NCBI GenBank assembly: GCA_965116025.1
Contig: OZ220480.1
Location: 128,001-192,000, forward strand
Direction: 5' to 3'
Length of the DNA stretch: 64,000 bases
Source: an uncultured candidatus Porisulfidus sp.
Lineage (GTDB): Bacteria; Pseudomonadota; Gammaproteobacteria; Poriferisulfidales; Poriferisulfidaceae
The position numbers were made by a program, and so were the translations under genes. Below the pieces are notes generated by a model. That model was given only the letters and a program-made list of their open reading frames with translations, was not told where the DNA came from and searched no databases. Within the stretch, counting starts at the first letter, position 1. Every line of letters begins with the position of its first letter. Positions 1 through 10,305 of the stretch are shown in pieces.

Positions 1-3000
1 CCGAAGGCTCGGACTTCAACTTCACCGTGTAGGAGCCACTGCCACCCTCCTCCACCTGCAACCGGACTGAGCTGACCTCGACTTTGGAAGCGACCGTGAT
101 CACCACCTTCTCGGTATCTGTATTACCATTGCCGTCGGAAGCCGTCACCGTCATCGTGTAAACGCCGGGATCGACGGGGGTGAACGTGAGCTGAGCCTGG
201 TTCAGCGCCGTGCCATTCGGCAGGGTTGGCGTGGTCTCGCCAGCCTCGCGCGTCCAAACGTACGTGATGGCGTCGTTATCCTCATCCGTCGCCGAGGCGG
301 TGATGTCAACCATCTGTCCCAGCCCGACCGTCTGGTCACGGATTTCGGCCAGAACCGGCGACGCGTCGTCGTCCGTGATCGTCACCGTGGTCACGGCGTT
401 GCCCAGCGTGAAGCCCGCTGGCAACGCGGCGGAACTGATCGTCACCTTGATCGTCTCCGCGTCATCGTCCAACTCATCGTCCGTGATCGGGATCGTGATG
501 TCTTTCGTTAAATCGGACGCCCCAAACCGCACCGAGGTCGTCGCGTCGTTGTCGTAGTCTACGTTCGCTGGATTGGACGCGCCCGTCGCCGTGCCGCTGT
601 AGCTGACGTTGAAAACCGCCCCATTCGGGAAAGCCTTGGTCGCCGTGATCGTGACCACCGCGTTCCCAGCCCCCTCGGCCACCGAAAGCGTCTTCGGGAC
701 CGAGACCATGGCCGCGGAAACGACCGTGATCGTCACGTCCTCAGTGTCCGTGTTCCCATTGCCATCGGATGCCGTCACCTGCATCGTGTAGGTTCCAGTC
801 TCGACGGGGATGAACGCGAGTCGGGCCCGGTTCCGCACCGCGCGGGCGGGCAACGCGGGCACGGTCTCGCCAGCTTTCCGCGTCCAGGCGTACGTGACAT
901 CGTCGCCATCAGCGTCCATAGCCGAGGCGGTGATGTCCACCACCTGCCCCAGATTGATCGTCTGGTCGTCAATTTCGTCCAGAACCGGCGACGCGTCGTC
1001 ATCCGTGATCGTCACCGTGGCGACGGCGTTGCCCAGCGTGAAACCAGCGGGCAACGCGGCGGAATTGATCGTCACGGCGAACGTCTCCGCGTCCTCATCC
1101 AGGTGATCGTCCGTGATCGGAATCATGATGTTCTTCATCGTGTCCGTGGACGAGAAATTCACCAACGTCACCTGGTCGTTGTCGTAGTCGCCATTCGCTG
1201 GCACCGGAGCGCCAGTCGCCGCGATGCCCACCGACGCGGCGCCGTAACTGACGTTGAGAGTCGTTTCTCGCCCAAACGCTTCAGGTGTCGTGATCTTGAC
1301 CACGGCGCTCGCGTTCGTCCCCTCAGTGACCGCCACCTGAGATGGAATCGAGACCATGAGGGCGGGCACTACCGTGATCACCACCTTTTCGGTGGCCTCA
1401 TTGCCATTGCCGTCCGAGGCCGTCACCGTCATCGTGTAAACGCCGGGACCGACGGGAGCGAACGTGAGCTGATCCTGATTCAACGCCGTGCCGTTCGGCA
1501 AGGCTGGCGTGGTCTCGCCAACCTTCCGCGTCCAAGCGTACGTGATGGCATCTCCATCCTCGTCGGTCGCCGAAGCGGTGATGTCCACGGTCTGGCCCAC
1601 CCGCACCGTCAGATCCTCGATAGCGTCTAAAACCGGCGAGGAGTCGTCGTCCGTGATCGTCACCGTGGCCATGGCGTTGGTCAGCGCGAAATTCGCGGAC
1701 AGCCTCACGGAATTGATGCTCACCGTGAAAGTCTCGTCTTTCTCGTCCAAGTCATCATCCGTGATCGGGATCGTGATGTCTTTCGTGAGATCGGACTCCT
1801 CGAACCGCACCGAGGTCGTCTCGTCGTTGTCGTAGTCGCCATTCGCTGGATCCGAGGCGCCCGTCGCCACGCCACCGTAGAGGACGTTGAAGATCGCTCT
1901 GCCTTGGAACGCCTTGGTCGTCGTGATCGTGACCACCGCGTTCCCGACCCCCTCGGCCACCGTCAGCGCCTTCGGAATCGAGACCAAGTCGGGGGTTGGC
2001 CCGACATCCACCGAATCCGAAGGGGGCCCGCCGTCACCGAAAGGCTCCACCGCCCTTATCCGGAATTGGTACTCTGCTTGGTTAATCAGACCCATCACCA
2101 CGTAACTCGTCGTGCCCGCGCCAGAGCCACCAATATCTACCCAAGGCTGATAATTGGGGTCCGCGCCGGCCTTGAACTGGTACTGCCATTTCGCGATGTT
2201 GGGATTGTTCGGGTTATTCCAAGACAGCGTCACCTGCCCATTGCCTGGTTGCGCCCGGAGGCCGGTCGGCTTGGCTGGCAATGGGACCGGGGTCGCGCTC
2301 GCGCGCGCGGGGTCCCCAATTTCGCCATCAAAAACGTTTGAGCCGGCCAATGCGACGACCTCGAAATCACTCCGCCGACCATTTGGCAAATTCCCCACCA
2401 CGTAGCTCGTGGACTTGATATTACGTTTGACAGTCGGAACGTTTTCATGCCATCTTCTGAATTGGACGATAGGAAATGTGCGGTAGCGCACCATCCAAGA
2501 CGTGATCTTTTCGTCGTCAGGGTCGTCCCAAGACAGTCTCACCTTTCCATTGCCCGGCGTGGCCTTGAGGCCCGTCGGCCTCGCTGGCTTGCCGGAATCC
2601 GGCCCCTGGGTCACTTCCCCCGAGGGCGCTCCAGGGCCAGCAGCATTCACCGCGCGAATCTGGAACGTGCGCGTCTCGCTCACGCCCGTCACCGCGTAAT
2701 ACGTCGTGGTCGCGCGGGAACCGGAGATATCCGCCCAATCGGCATAACTTCCTCGGCCAGATTTCTGCCGGAATTGCCACTTCGTGATGCTGGAGTCGTT
2801 CGGATTGTTCCAGAATAGCGTCACTCGCCGATCGCTCCCTTCGGCTCTAAGACCTGTCGGCGCGGCGGGTCGACTGAGAACTGGCGTCGCCGATACCTCA
2901 GGCGATTCGGCACCCGGACCACCGAGATTCACCGCGCGAATCTTGAAGCCATACGCGATCCCGTTCGTCAGGCCCGTCACCTTGTGACCCGTCGTGCCCG

Positions 3001-6000
3001 CGGCGGAGCCACCGATGTCGATCCAGTCACCGTAGGCGGCCGTGCCAGCCTTCTGCTGGTATTGCCACTTCGTGACGCTGGCATCACCCAAAGCGGTCCA
3101 GGACAACGTCACTTGCCGATCACCCGCCATGGCGGCGAAAGCCGTCGGCGCGGCAGGCAGAGGCGGCAACGGTCTCACCGTGACCTCGACCGATGATGCT
3201 CCAAAACCGGAAGGATTCACCGCGCGAATCTTGAAACCGTATGTGGTTCCGTTCGTCAAGCCCGTCAGCTCGTGGCTCGTCGTGCTCGCGCTAGAGCTCC
3301 GAATGGCCATCCAAGAACCATAGCGCCCGGTTCCTTCTTTCCGCTGGTATTCCCAGCGCGTGACGCTCGCGTCGCCCGGATCTCTCCAAGACAGCGTCAC
3401 CCGCCCATCGCTCGCCGTGGCGGTGAAATCGCTTGGCGCAGAGGGCCGCGGGACCGGTATCGCTCTCACTTCGTCCGAGACCGCGCCCTCGCCGTTGGCG
3501 CTCACCGCGCGGGTCTGGAAGCGATACTCCGTTCCATTGTCCAGATTCGTCACCGTATGGCCCGTGGTGCCCGCGCTAGAGCCCGGTATTCTGGTCCAAG
3601 CGCCTTGGTTGCCAGATGCTTTTCCATGGCGCAACTCCCAGCCAGTGATCAACTCGTTTTTCGGATCGTCCCAAGACAGCGTCACCCGCGCGTCGCCCGC
3701 CATCGCTCTGAAGTTCGTTGGCTTCACGGGCGGGTCGTCCTCCGTCACCGTCACCACGACATCGTCGATATCCACATTGTCGTAGTCCGCGCCCAAGACG
3801 CCATGCGTCAGCGTCACCATGGGGTCCGCGCGCGCGTCGTCATCTTCTCCCGCCGTCACCGTCACCGTCCGCGCCACGTTCCAGTTCGAGGCTCCGAAAA
3901 CCATCGGAAAGCCTGACACCGTCACGTCTCCCGACGCGCCACCCACCGTCACCGTGACGTTCCCCGAAGGCCGCGTGTCCAGCTTCACCTCATATTCGCC
4001 CGCATCTCCCTCCTCCACCATCAGCGCGGATGTCGAGACCGACACGCCCGGCGCGTCGCTTTCCGTCACCGTCACCACGACCTTGTCAATGCTCACATCG
4101 CCATAGCCACCACCCGTGGCCGCATGCGTCAACATCACCGCAGGATCTGGAAGCGCGTCGTCGTCCGACATCGCTGACACCGTCACCGTCTGTGGCGCGT
4201 TCCAGTTCATAGTCGTGAAGGTCAGCAGATTCGGGGCCGCCGTCACGTCACCCGACGCGCCACCCACCGTCACCGTCACGGACCCCGAAGGACGCGCGTC
4301 GAGCGCCACCGTGTAGCTCCGGTCGGAGCCCTCCGGGACTCTCAGCGCGCGTGGTGAAAGCGACACGCCAAGCGGCATTGATGTCGGCGTCGACGTCACT
4401 TCCTCGGACCACGGGCTTGAATTTTCGCCGGAACCAAATCTGGCCCGCAAGCGAAACGTGTATTCCACGCCATTCTTAAGCCCTTCGGCCACTACGGATG
4501 TGGCGCTCGCAAGATTTACAACATGAAAATCCGCAGGCGCTTCGCCATAGTCTTCGCCACCGGATTTGTACTGATATTGCCACGACTGAATGCCCTGGCC
4601 AGACTGAGCGTTCCATCTCAGGGTGACCGAGCCGTTGCCCGCGACCGCCCGCAACTCACTTGGCGCGTCCACCACGCCAGCCCATATCTGGGTCTGGTCG
4701 GATACCGGGCCAGCGACCGTATCATTGACCGCGCGCGCGCGCAAATCCAGCGGTCCACTCCAGCTCGAATCCAGTTCCCTAACAGTGAATGACAGCGTCC
4801 ATACTTTGGTCGCTGACCCACTCTGGGATTTATTAACAGCTGATGACCATGTCGCCGCGTCATCCCAGTTTTCAGCAGGAGCCTTGGTCTGGAATTCGGC
4901 CCCGGTGACCTTCCCGCAATCGGCGGGGATAATCATCCAGAGTGTCCCAGACATCTCACCGTTAGATGATATGAGATTCCCTTCGGCTTTCTGAATTCCG
5001 ACCCTGCAGGGAGCCGCTAGGGTGGGGGTCGCCGTCTTCTCGGGCGATTCCGAGCCATCGCCCGAGGGGTTGATCGCGCGAATCTTGAAGCCGTACGCGG
5101 TTCCGTTCATCAGATTCGTCACTACGAAACTCGTCGTGCCCGCGGCGGAGCCACCGATGTCAATCCAGTCGCCGTAGGCGGCCGCGCCAGCCTTCTGCTG
5201 GTATTGCCACTTCGTGATGCTGGCGTTCCCTGGATTAGTCCAGGACAGTGTCACCTCTCCATCGCCCGCCGTCGCGGTGAAACCCGCCGGCGGCGCGGGC
5301 TTCGGTCTCGGAACCACGGACACACTTCCATATTCAATAGAACCCTGTAGAGACTTCATCGCCCTGATCTGAAAATCGTACTGGATTCCGTTGCTCAATC
5401 CCGTCACCGTGTGGCTAGTGGTGCTTACGCTCACTCGATTCCCCGGGCCTCCCAGCCACTCAGGAAAATTAATCTCGATACTAGTCTTGTACCGCACAAT
5501 CCACCTGTTGGTGATGCCATCGCTAGCGGCATCCCAAGAGAGCGTCACCTGCCCATTGCCCGGTTGCGCCCGGAGACCGGTCGGCTTCGCGGGCGTTCGA
5601 CTCTGCGGGGTCGCCGTCTTCTCGTCCGACGCTTGGCCGTTTCCCTTGGAATTCACCGCGCGGATTTTGAATTTGTACACGGTCCCGTTGGTCAGGCTCC
5701 CCACCACGTGCCGCGTGGAACTCGCGCCGGAGCCAGTGATATCGGTCCAGTTCCCATAATTGGCCGTGCCGGTCTTCTGCTGAAATTGCCACTTCGTGAC
5801 GCTGGCGTCGCCCAAGATGGTCCAGGACAGAATCACCAGCTCGTCACCTCCTATGGCCGTGAAACCGGTCGGTTTCGCGGGCAAGACTCGTTGCGGAGTC
5901 GCCGTCGCCTCGTCTGACGCGGCGCCGGGACCGGCAACATTGACCGCGCGGACCTTAAAACCGTAAGCGGTCTCGTTCGTCAAGCCCATCACCACGTAAC

Positions 6001-9000
6001 TCGTCGTGCCGAAGCCGGAGCCATCGATGTCGGTCCAGTTCCCGTAATTGGGTGCGCCGGCCTTCTGCTGGTATTGCCATTTCGTGACGCTGGCGTCGCC
6101 CAAGACGGTCCAGGACAGCGTCACCTCTCCGTCGCCCGCCATCGCGCTGAAACCGGTCGGCTTGGCGGGACGTGGAGGGAGTGGCGTCACCGCCGCATCG
6201 ACCGACGCGGCACCAGGACCGGCGACATTGACCGCACGGACCTGGAAGGCGTAAATGAGCCCGTTAGTCAGGCCCGTCACCAAGTGACTCGTCGTGCTCG
6301 CGCCGGAGCCATCAATATCGATCCAACCTCCGTAGCCCCCAGCCTCTTCCTTTCTCCGGATCTGCCATTTCGTTATGCTGGCGTCATCCGGGTCGTTCCA
6401 GGACAGCGTCGCCCGACCGTCACCGGCCGTGGCGGCGAAACCGAGCGGAGCGGCGGGAAGCGCGAGTGGCCTCGCCGTCGCCTCGACCGACGCGGCGCCG
6501 TCACCGTAAAGATTCACCGCACGCGTCTGGAAGCCGTAGATCGACCCGTTGATCAAGCCCGTCACCGTATGGCTCGTCGTGCTCGCGTCAGAATTCGGGA
6601 TGTCGGTCCAATCGCTGTACGCGCCACCGTCGACGTTCCGTCGGAATTGCCACTTCGTGATTCTGTCCTCACTCGGCGGGTCGTTCCAGGACAGCGTCGC
6701 CTCTCCATCGCCCGCCATCGCGGTGAAACCGGTCGGCGCGACGGGCGGCACCTCGTCGTTGACGATGGTGATGGTGGCTGAACTCGTAGCGACCCAGTCC
6801 GGGGGCGCGTTCTCCACTCTCAACGTGATCGTCTCGTCTGGTTCGACATTTTCGTCGCCCCGAATGCTGAAAGTGAACTGTTTCGTCTTGCCACCTCCTA
6901 GAAACAAGACGCTGTTGGAGCCCGCGCTCCAACACATGTCCGCGTCTACCGGCTTTGGCTCTTCGCAGGAGTTCACTGAGATGTTGGTGTTCCCTGCCGC
7001 AGTCGACGCGTCGTCGATCACCAAGTGAAACAAAAGTTGCCTGAAATTTCCCCCGAAACCTCCCGAACTGGGCGGCAACTCGCCGAGCAGGATATCGATG
7101 GTCACGGGGGTCTCGCCAGCGTTCCCCTCAATGAACCGGGTCTTGGAGGCCGACAGCAGAATGATCTTGCCCGGCGGGATCGCTTCTGCTTCATTCGAGG
7201 CGACGCCCGCGCCATTTCCATTCACCGCGCGAACCTGAAATTTGTACCGCGTCCCGTTCGTCAGGCTCGTCACCGTATGGCTCGTCGTGCTCGCGTTGGA
7301 GCTCGGAATTCGGATCCATTCGCCGTAGGGCCCGGTTCCAGCTTTCTGTCGATAATCCCAGCGCGTAATAGCGATGCTCTCGTCGCGCGGTCTCAGCCAA
7401 GCCAGCGTCGCCCGCTTTTCGCCCGGAGTGGCGCTCGAAATAAATGGCTTTGGGGGAACTTTATCGTCCTCCTGCACCTTCACAATAACCGAGTCAATGG
7501 CCGTCCAGACGTAGTCACCCCCTCTGGCGCGATGCGCCAGCGTCACGTCGGGGTCCGTGACCGCGTCGGCATCTTGCTTCGCCGTCACCGTCACCGTCCG
7601 CGACGTCTCCCAATTCACCGTGGTGAACGTCAGCACCGCCGGAGTCGCCATCACGTCAGACGAGGAACTACGGACCGTCACCGTCACCTTTCCCGTTGGA
7701 CGGGTCTCCAGAACCACCGCGTACTCGGCATCGGCGCCACCCTCAACCATCGACAATGAGGTCGGCGTGACCGTCACTCTGGCTTCGGCGGGTATGCCCC
7801 TAGCCACTTCCGACGGCGGGCCATCGCCAGAGATATTCACCGCGCGAATCCTGAACGAGTACGTGGTGTCCGCGGTCAAACCCGAAACCGTATGGGTCGT
7901 CGTGGCGGCACCGGAGCTTGGGATCGGCGACCAAGCGTCATTGGACTCAAAATTGCCAGTACCCACCTTTCGCTGGTATTCCCATCGGATGATGCTGGGG
8001 TCAATCGGATCATTCCAGGACAGCATCATCTTCGCGTTGCCCACTGGCGTGGCCTCCAGGCCTGCCGGTTTGCTGGGGGGCGGGATTGGCGTCGCCGTCA
8101 CTTCATCCGATTCTGGGCCTCCGCCTCCCGCATTCCGCGCGTGAATTTTGAAGGTATAGGTTTGCCCGTTCGCCAGGTCCGCCACCGTGTGACTTGTCGT
8201 GCTCGCGTTGGAGGCTATCGGAATCCAGTTACTATAAAGCCTTTTGCCCTGCTTCAGCTGATAACTCCACCCATCGATACTTGGGTCTTCAGGATCATCC
8301 CAAGAGAGCGTCACCTTTTCGTGGCCCGGCGTGGCGGTCAAACCCTCCGGTTTTTCTGGACGCGGGACTTGCGGACTCACAAACAGCCTCTGCGATAGGG
8401 CACCTTCAGCCGAACCATTCCTCGCGCGAATCTGAAAATGGTACCGCGTCCCATTCGCCAGACCCGTCACCGTATGGCTGGTGGTGCCTGCGCCAGAATT
8501 CTGGATAGGAGCCCAAACTGGTTGCCTGCTTGGACGCGGGTACTGGGAGTACTCCCACTTCGTGATTCTGGGGTTGCCGCTTGGAGCATCCCAAGACAGC
8601 GTCACCTGCTTATTGCCCGCCATCACCTGAAAGTTGGTCGGCATGCCTGGCTTGGTGTCATCGTCGACGATAGTGAGAGCGATATCTCCCTGTTCCCAGA
8701 TGAATCCGCTATCATCAAAGTTGCCATCACCGAGAGTGCCTGTGCGTCGCACCCAAACCTGTAGCCGCAACACCTCATCAGCCTCCATATTCTTGTCGCC
8801 CCGGATGCCAACCTCAAGCGTTCCGGTTCTCTTACCAGCCGGTATTAGCACCGTTCTTCTGAGCCAGCAAGCGTCCTCTTCAGTCAGAGCTGTGTTAGTG
8901 CATAAACCGTTGTCCGAGTTTCTATCGAACCAACTTCCCCTAGTCTTCTTAACATAACCAGACCCGAAAGCGCGACTCTCGACGACCTCCAACGCCAAAT

Positions 9001-9547
9001 GATTAGGATATGCTGGATCAACAGAGAACGCGTCCGCGCTGAGCGTGATGTGAAGGGTGACGGTTTTGGTGTCACTATCTCCTTCCGCGATCCGCGGCGT
9101 GGTGGTCGACACATGAATGGGGCCACCCTTTTCCGATGGATCAGCTGGGGGAATTGGCGTCGCGACCGCCTCGTCTTGGACTACGACTATCGCACTCCCA
9201 CTCTCCCCTCGTTTCCGTGCGGTCACCTCGAAGGTGTAGGCGACCCCGTTCACTAAATTTTTCACTACATGGCGAGTAGCACTCGCGGTCTCCGAGATTC
9301 TTACGGCATCCCCGTATTCTTCTCCAGCCGCTTTTATCTTGTATTCCCACCACTGGATAGTAGCGTCTTCTGGATCTGTCCATTCCAGAGTCACTTCCCC
9401 ATCACCCGATGTCGCGGTGAGGACCGTGCTGGAGGCTCTCGTGTCCTGCGGGGCCAGCGCGGCACTCAGCGCGAGCAGAAAAGCGACGGCGAACGCCGCG
9501 TTCTTGCGATAGGCTGTTTTCCAGGAGCAGCCCGCGGATTCAGCCAT
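1..9547 (-). CDS. Giant secreted/surface repeat protein (>3,180 aa, 3' end outside window): about 18 fibronectin type III domains, Calx-beta-like and PKD/cadherin-like Ig repeats
   Basis: ATG at 9547 gives MAESAGCSWKTAYRKNAAFAVAFLLALSAALAPQDTRA (signal-peptide-like). Same frame spot-checked at 8803, 6862, 4315 and 31. Recurrent 'P.GF.A..GD..VTLSW...ITKWQY...Y.F..RAVN..G' (Fn3) and 'TVTITDDD' (Calx-beta) motifs. Not every codon was checked for stops. Confidence 0.88.
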   Translation of the reverse strand, partial: MAESAGCSWKTAYRKNAAFAVAFLLALSAALAPQDTRASSTVLTATSGDGEVTLEWTDPEDATIQWWEYKIKAAGEEYGDAVRISETASATRHVVKNLVNGVAYTFEVTARKRGESGSAIVVVQDEAVATPIPPADPSEKGGPIHVSTTTPRIAEGDSDTKTVTLHITLSADAFSVDPAYPNHLALEVVESRAFGSGYVKKTRGSWFDRNSDNGLCTNTALTEEDACWLRRTVLIPAGKRTGTLEVGIRGDKNMEADEVLRLQVWVRRTGTLGDGNFDDSGFIWEQGDIALTIVDDDTKPGMPTNFQVMAGNKQVTLSWDAPSGNPRITKWEYSQYPRPSRQPVWAPIQNSGAGTTSHTVTGLANGTRYHFQIRARNGSAEGALSQRLFVSPQVPRPEKPEGLTATPGHEKVTLSWDDPEDPSIDGWSYQLKQGKRLYSNWIPIASNASTTSHTVADLANGQTYTFKIHARNAGGGGPESDEVTATPIPPPSKPAGLEATPVGNAKMMLSWNDPIDPSIIRWEYQRKVGTGNFESNDAWSPIPSSGAATTTHTVSGLTADTTYSFRIRAVNISGDGPPSEVARGIPAEARVTVTPTSLSMVEGGADAEYAVVLETRPTGKVTVTVRSSSSDVMATPAVLTFTTVNWETSRTVTVTAKQDADAVTDPDVTLAHRARGGDYVWTAIDSVIVKVQEDDKVPPKPFISSATPGEKRATLAWLRPRDESIAITRWDYRQKAGTGPYGEWIRIPSSNASTTSHTVTSLTNGTRYKFQVRAVNGNGAGVASNEAEAIPPGKIILLSASKTRFIEGNAGETPVTIDILLGELPPSSGGFGGNFRQLLFHLVIDDASTAAGNTNISVNSCEEPKPVDADMCWSAGSNSVLFLGGGKTKQFTFSIRGDENVEPDETITLRVENAPPDWVATSSATITIVNDEVPPVAPTGFTAMAGDGEATLSWNDPPSEDRITKWQFRRNVDGGAYSDWTDIPNSDASTTSHTVTGLINGSIYGFQTRAVNLYGDGAASVEATARPLALPAAPLGFAATAGDGRATLSWNDPDDASITKWQIRRKEEAGGYGGWIDIDGSGASTTSHLVTGLTNGLIYAFQVRAVNVAGPGAASVDAAVTPLPPRPAKPTGFSAMAGDGEVTLSWTVLGDASVTKWQYQQKAGAPNYGNWTDIDGSGFGTTSYVVMGLTNETAYGFKVRAVNVAGPGAASDEATATPQRVLPAKPTGFTAIGGDELVILSWTILGDASVTKWQFQQKTGTANYGNWTDITGSGASSTRHVVGSLTNGTVYKFKIRAVNSKGNGQASDEKTATPQSRTPAKPTGLRAQPGNGQVTLSWDAASDGITNRWIVRYKTSIEINFPEWLGGPGNRVSVSTTSHTVTGLSNGIQYDFQIRAMKSLQGSIEYGSVSVVPRPKPAPPAGFTATAGDGEVTLSWTNPGNASITKWQYQQKAGAAAYGDWIDIGGSAAGTTSFVVTNLMNGTAYGFKIRAINPSGDGSESPEKTATPTLAAPCRVGIQKAEGNLISSNGEMSGTLWMIIPADCGKVTGAEFQTKAPAENWDDAATWSSAVNKSQSGSATKVWTLSFTVRELDSSWSGPLDLRARAVNDTVAGPVSDQTQIWAGVVDAPSELRAVAGNGSVTLRWNAQSGQGIQSWQYQYKSGGEDYGEAPADFHVVNLASATSVVAEGLKNGVEYTFRLRARFGSGENSSPWSEEVTSTPTSMPLGVSLSPRALRVPEGSDRSYTVALDARPSGSVTVTVGGASGDVTAAPNLLTFTTMNWNAPQTVTVSAMSDDDALPDPAVMLTHAATGGGYGDVSIDKVVVTVTESDAPGVSVSTSALMVEEGDAGEYEVKLDTRPSGNVTVTVGGASGDVTVSGFPMVFGASNWNVARTVTVTAGEDDDARADPMVTLTHGVLGADYDNVDIDDVVVTVTEDDPPVKPTNFRAMAGDARVTLSWDDPKNELITGWELRHGKASGNQGAWTRIPGSSAGTTGHTVTNLDNGTEYRFQTRAVSANGEGAVSDEVRAIPVPRPSAPSDFTATASDGRVTLSWRDPGDASVTRWEYQRKEGTGRYGSWMAIRSSSASTTSHELTGLTNGTTYGFKIRAVNPSGFGASSVEVTVRPLPPLPAAPTAFAAMAGDRQVTLSWTALGDASVTKWQYQQKAGTAAYGDWIDIGGSAAGTTGHKVTGLTNGIAYGFKIRAVNLGGPGAESPEVSATPVLSRPAAPTGLRAEGSDRRVTLFWNNPNDSSITKWQFRQKSGRGSYADWADISGSRATTTYYAVTGVSETRTFQIRAVNAAGPGAPSGEVTQGPDSGKPARPTGLKATPGNGKVRLSWDDPDDEKITSWMVRYRTFPIVQFRRWHENVPTVKRNIKSTSYVVGNLPNGRRSDFEVVALAGSNVFDGEIGDPARASATPVPLPAKPTGLRAQPGNGQVTLSWNNPNNPNIAKWQYQFKAGADPNYQPWVDIGGSGAGTTSYVVMGLINQAEYQFRIRAVEPFGDGGPPSDSVDVGPTPDLVSIPKALTVAEGVGNAVVTITTTKAFQGRAIFNVLYGGVATGASDPANGDYDNDETTSVRFEESDLTKDITIPITDDDLDEKDETFTVSINSVRLSANFALTNAMATVTITDDDSSPVLDAIEDLTVRVGQTVDITASATDEDGDAITYAWTRKVGETTPALPNGTALNQDQLTFAPVGPGVYTMTVTASDGNGNEATEKVVITVVPALMVSIPSQVAVTEGTNASAVVKITTPEAFGRETTLNVSYGAASVGIAATGAPVPANGDYDNDQVTLVNFSSTDTMKNIMIPITDDHLDEDAETFAVTINSAALPAGFTLGNAVATVTITDDDASPVLDEIDDQTINLGQVVDITASAMDADGDDVTYAWTRKAGETVPALPARAVRNRARLAFIPVETGTYTMQVTASDGNGNTDTEDVTITVVSAAMVSVPKTLSVAEGAGNAVVTITATKAFPNGAVFNVSYSGTATGASNPANVDYDNDATTSVRFGASDLTKDITIPITDDELDDDAETIKVTISSAALPAGFTLGNAVTTVTITDDDASPVLAEIRDQTVGLGQMVDITASATDEDNDAITYVWTREAGETTPTLPNGTALNQAQLTFTPVDPGVYTMTVTASDGNGNTDTEKVVITVASKVEVSSVRLQVEEGGSGSYTVKLKSEPS
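95..1990 (-). repeat. Three tandem ~630-bp units (Calx-beta-like + PKD/cadherin-like domain) inside the giant gene
   Basis: 'accggcga(c/g)g..tcgtc.tccgtgatcgtcaccgtgg' recurs at ~354, ~984 and ~1632; 'ITYAWTR/VTYAWTR/ITYVWTR' and 'DGNGN' motifs recur with the same period. Confidence 0.85.
2000..8650 (-). repeat. Fn3 domain arrays with ~285-290 bp period, interrupted by Calx-like domains
   Basis: 'gacagcgtcac'-like (VTLSW) motif at ~2225, 2535, 2815, 3100, 3390, 3675, 4620, 5245, 5540, 5825, 6115, 6400, 6690, 7400, 8020, 8305 and 8595 (plus ~9390 outside this span). Confidence 0.85.
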
Positions 9548-9567
9548 CGCGGCCCGTTCCTGCGGGA

Positions 9568-9600
<33 letters not shown>

Positions 9601-9785
9601 GCCCACCCAGGCGGAAAACCGCGACGGAGCGAACGGAGCGGCCCCGCTCGCCATCATCGTCTCAGCCCTGACCGGTGCCTCCGCGCCTAAGCGCGAAGGC
9701 TGGGCGAGAAGCTCGTCCAGCTTGATGCTCCGTTGCCTCATGAAACCAAGTTTCAGGGACTTAAACCATGTTGATTCCTCGCCCG

Positions 9786-9813
9786 ATTATAAACCGGTCA
9801 GGAAAAGCGACAA
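9786..9813 (-). promoter_or_regulatory. Putative sigma70 promoter for the giant gene (TTGTCG-N16-TATAAT)
   Basis: Minus strand reads TTGTCG (9813-9808), 16-nt spacer, perfect TATAAT (9791-9786), in an AT-richer intergenic patch. Confidence 0.55.
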
Positions 9814-10305
9814 CTTTAAGTCACGCCCATTTAACTCGGTGACCACACCAGATTCCCATGCCCGAGCTAGAAGGAATTCCAAGCGAGAGGGCGATATTTT
9901 CTCGCTGGACCACGGACCGCATCGAGAAAACATCATCAGGCGCGCCCCAACGCTCCGAGATCGCTTCATCCAAAGAGCCGTATCAATTCCGCCCTTGCTC
10001 GCGATCCAGAGACCGCGCGATTAGATGGACTCCAACGCCGCCAGCTTCTACCGGACCATGCTCGCTCCGAACCTCCCCGACGGCGTCATCGCCACCGATT
10101 GAAGCCATGCGTCCGCGTCGCGCGAGATTCCTCGATATTCCCTTGACGCTCATGCGCGAGGCACGTCAGCACAACTCGCTGTCGCATATCCCATGTGCTA
10201 CCATGCTCCCGCGTTCTTGAAAAACCATCGCGGATAGAATTGAATCGAATTGGTTCAGGCTCGTGATTTCTTACAAACAGGCATGAGGTGCAGGAAAATC
10301 TGGTC

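Noticed and set aside
95-8650. Periodic repeats as a possible CRISPR array or DGR template/variable repeats
   Set aside because: Periods of ~285 and ~630 bp are in-frame protein domains; no short repeat-spacer pattern, cas gene or reverse transcriptase in the window.
210-9256. Dozens of + strand ORFs with repetitive V/T/S-rich translations
   Set aside because: Antisense shadows of the giant minus-strand repeat gene.
9860-10220. Possible degraded toxin (HigB-like) fragment on the minus strand
   Set aside because: Only a few residues (KLAALE) are suggestive, with stops; not supportable without a search.
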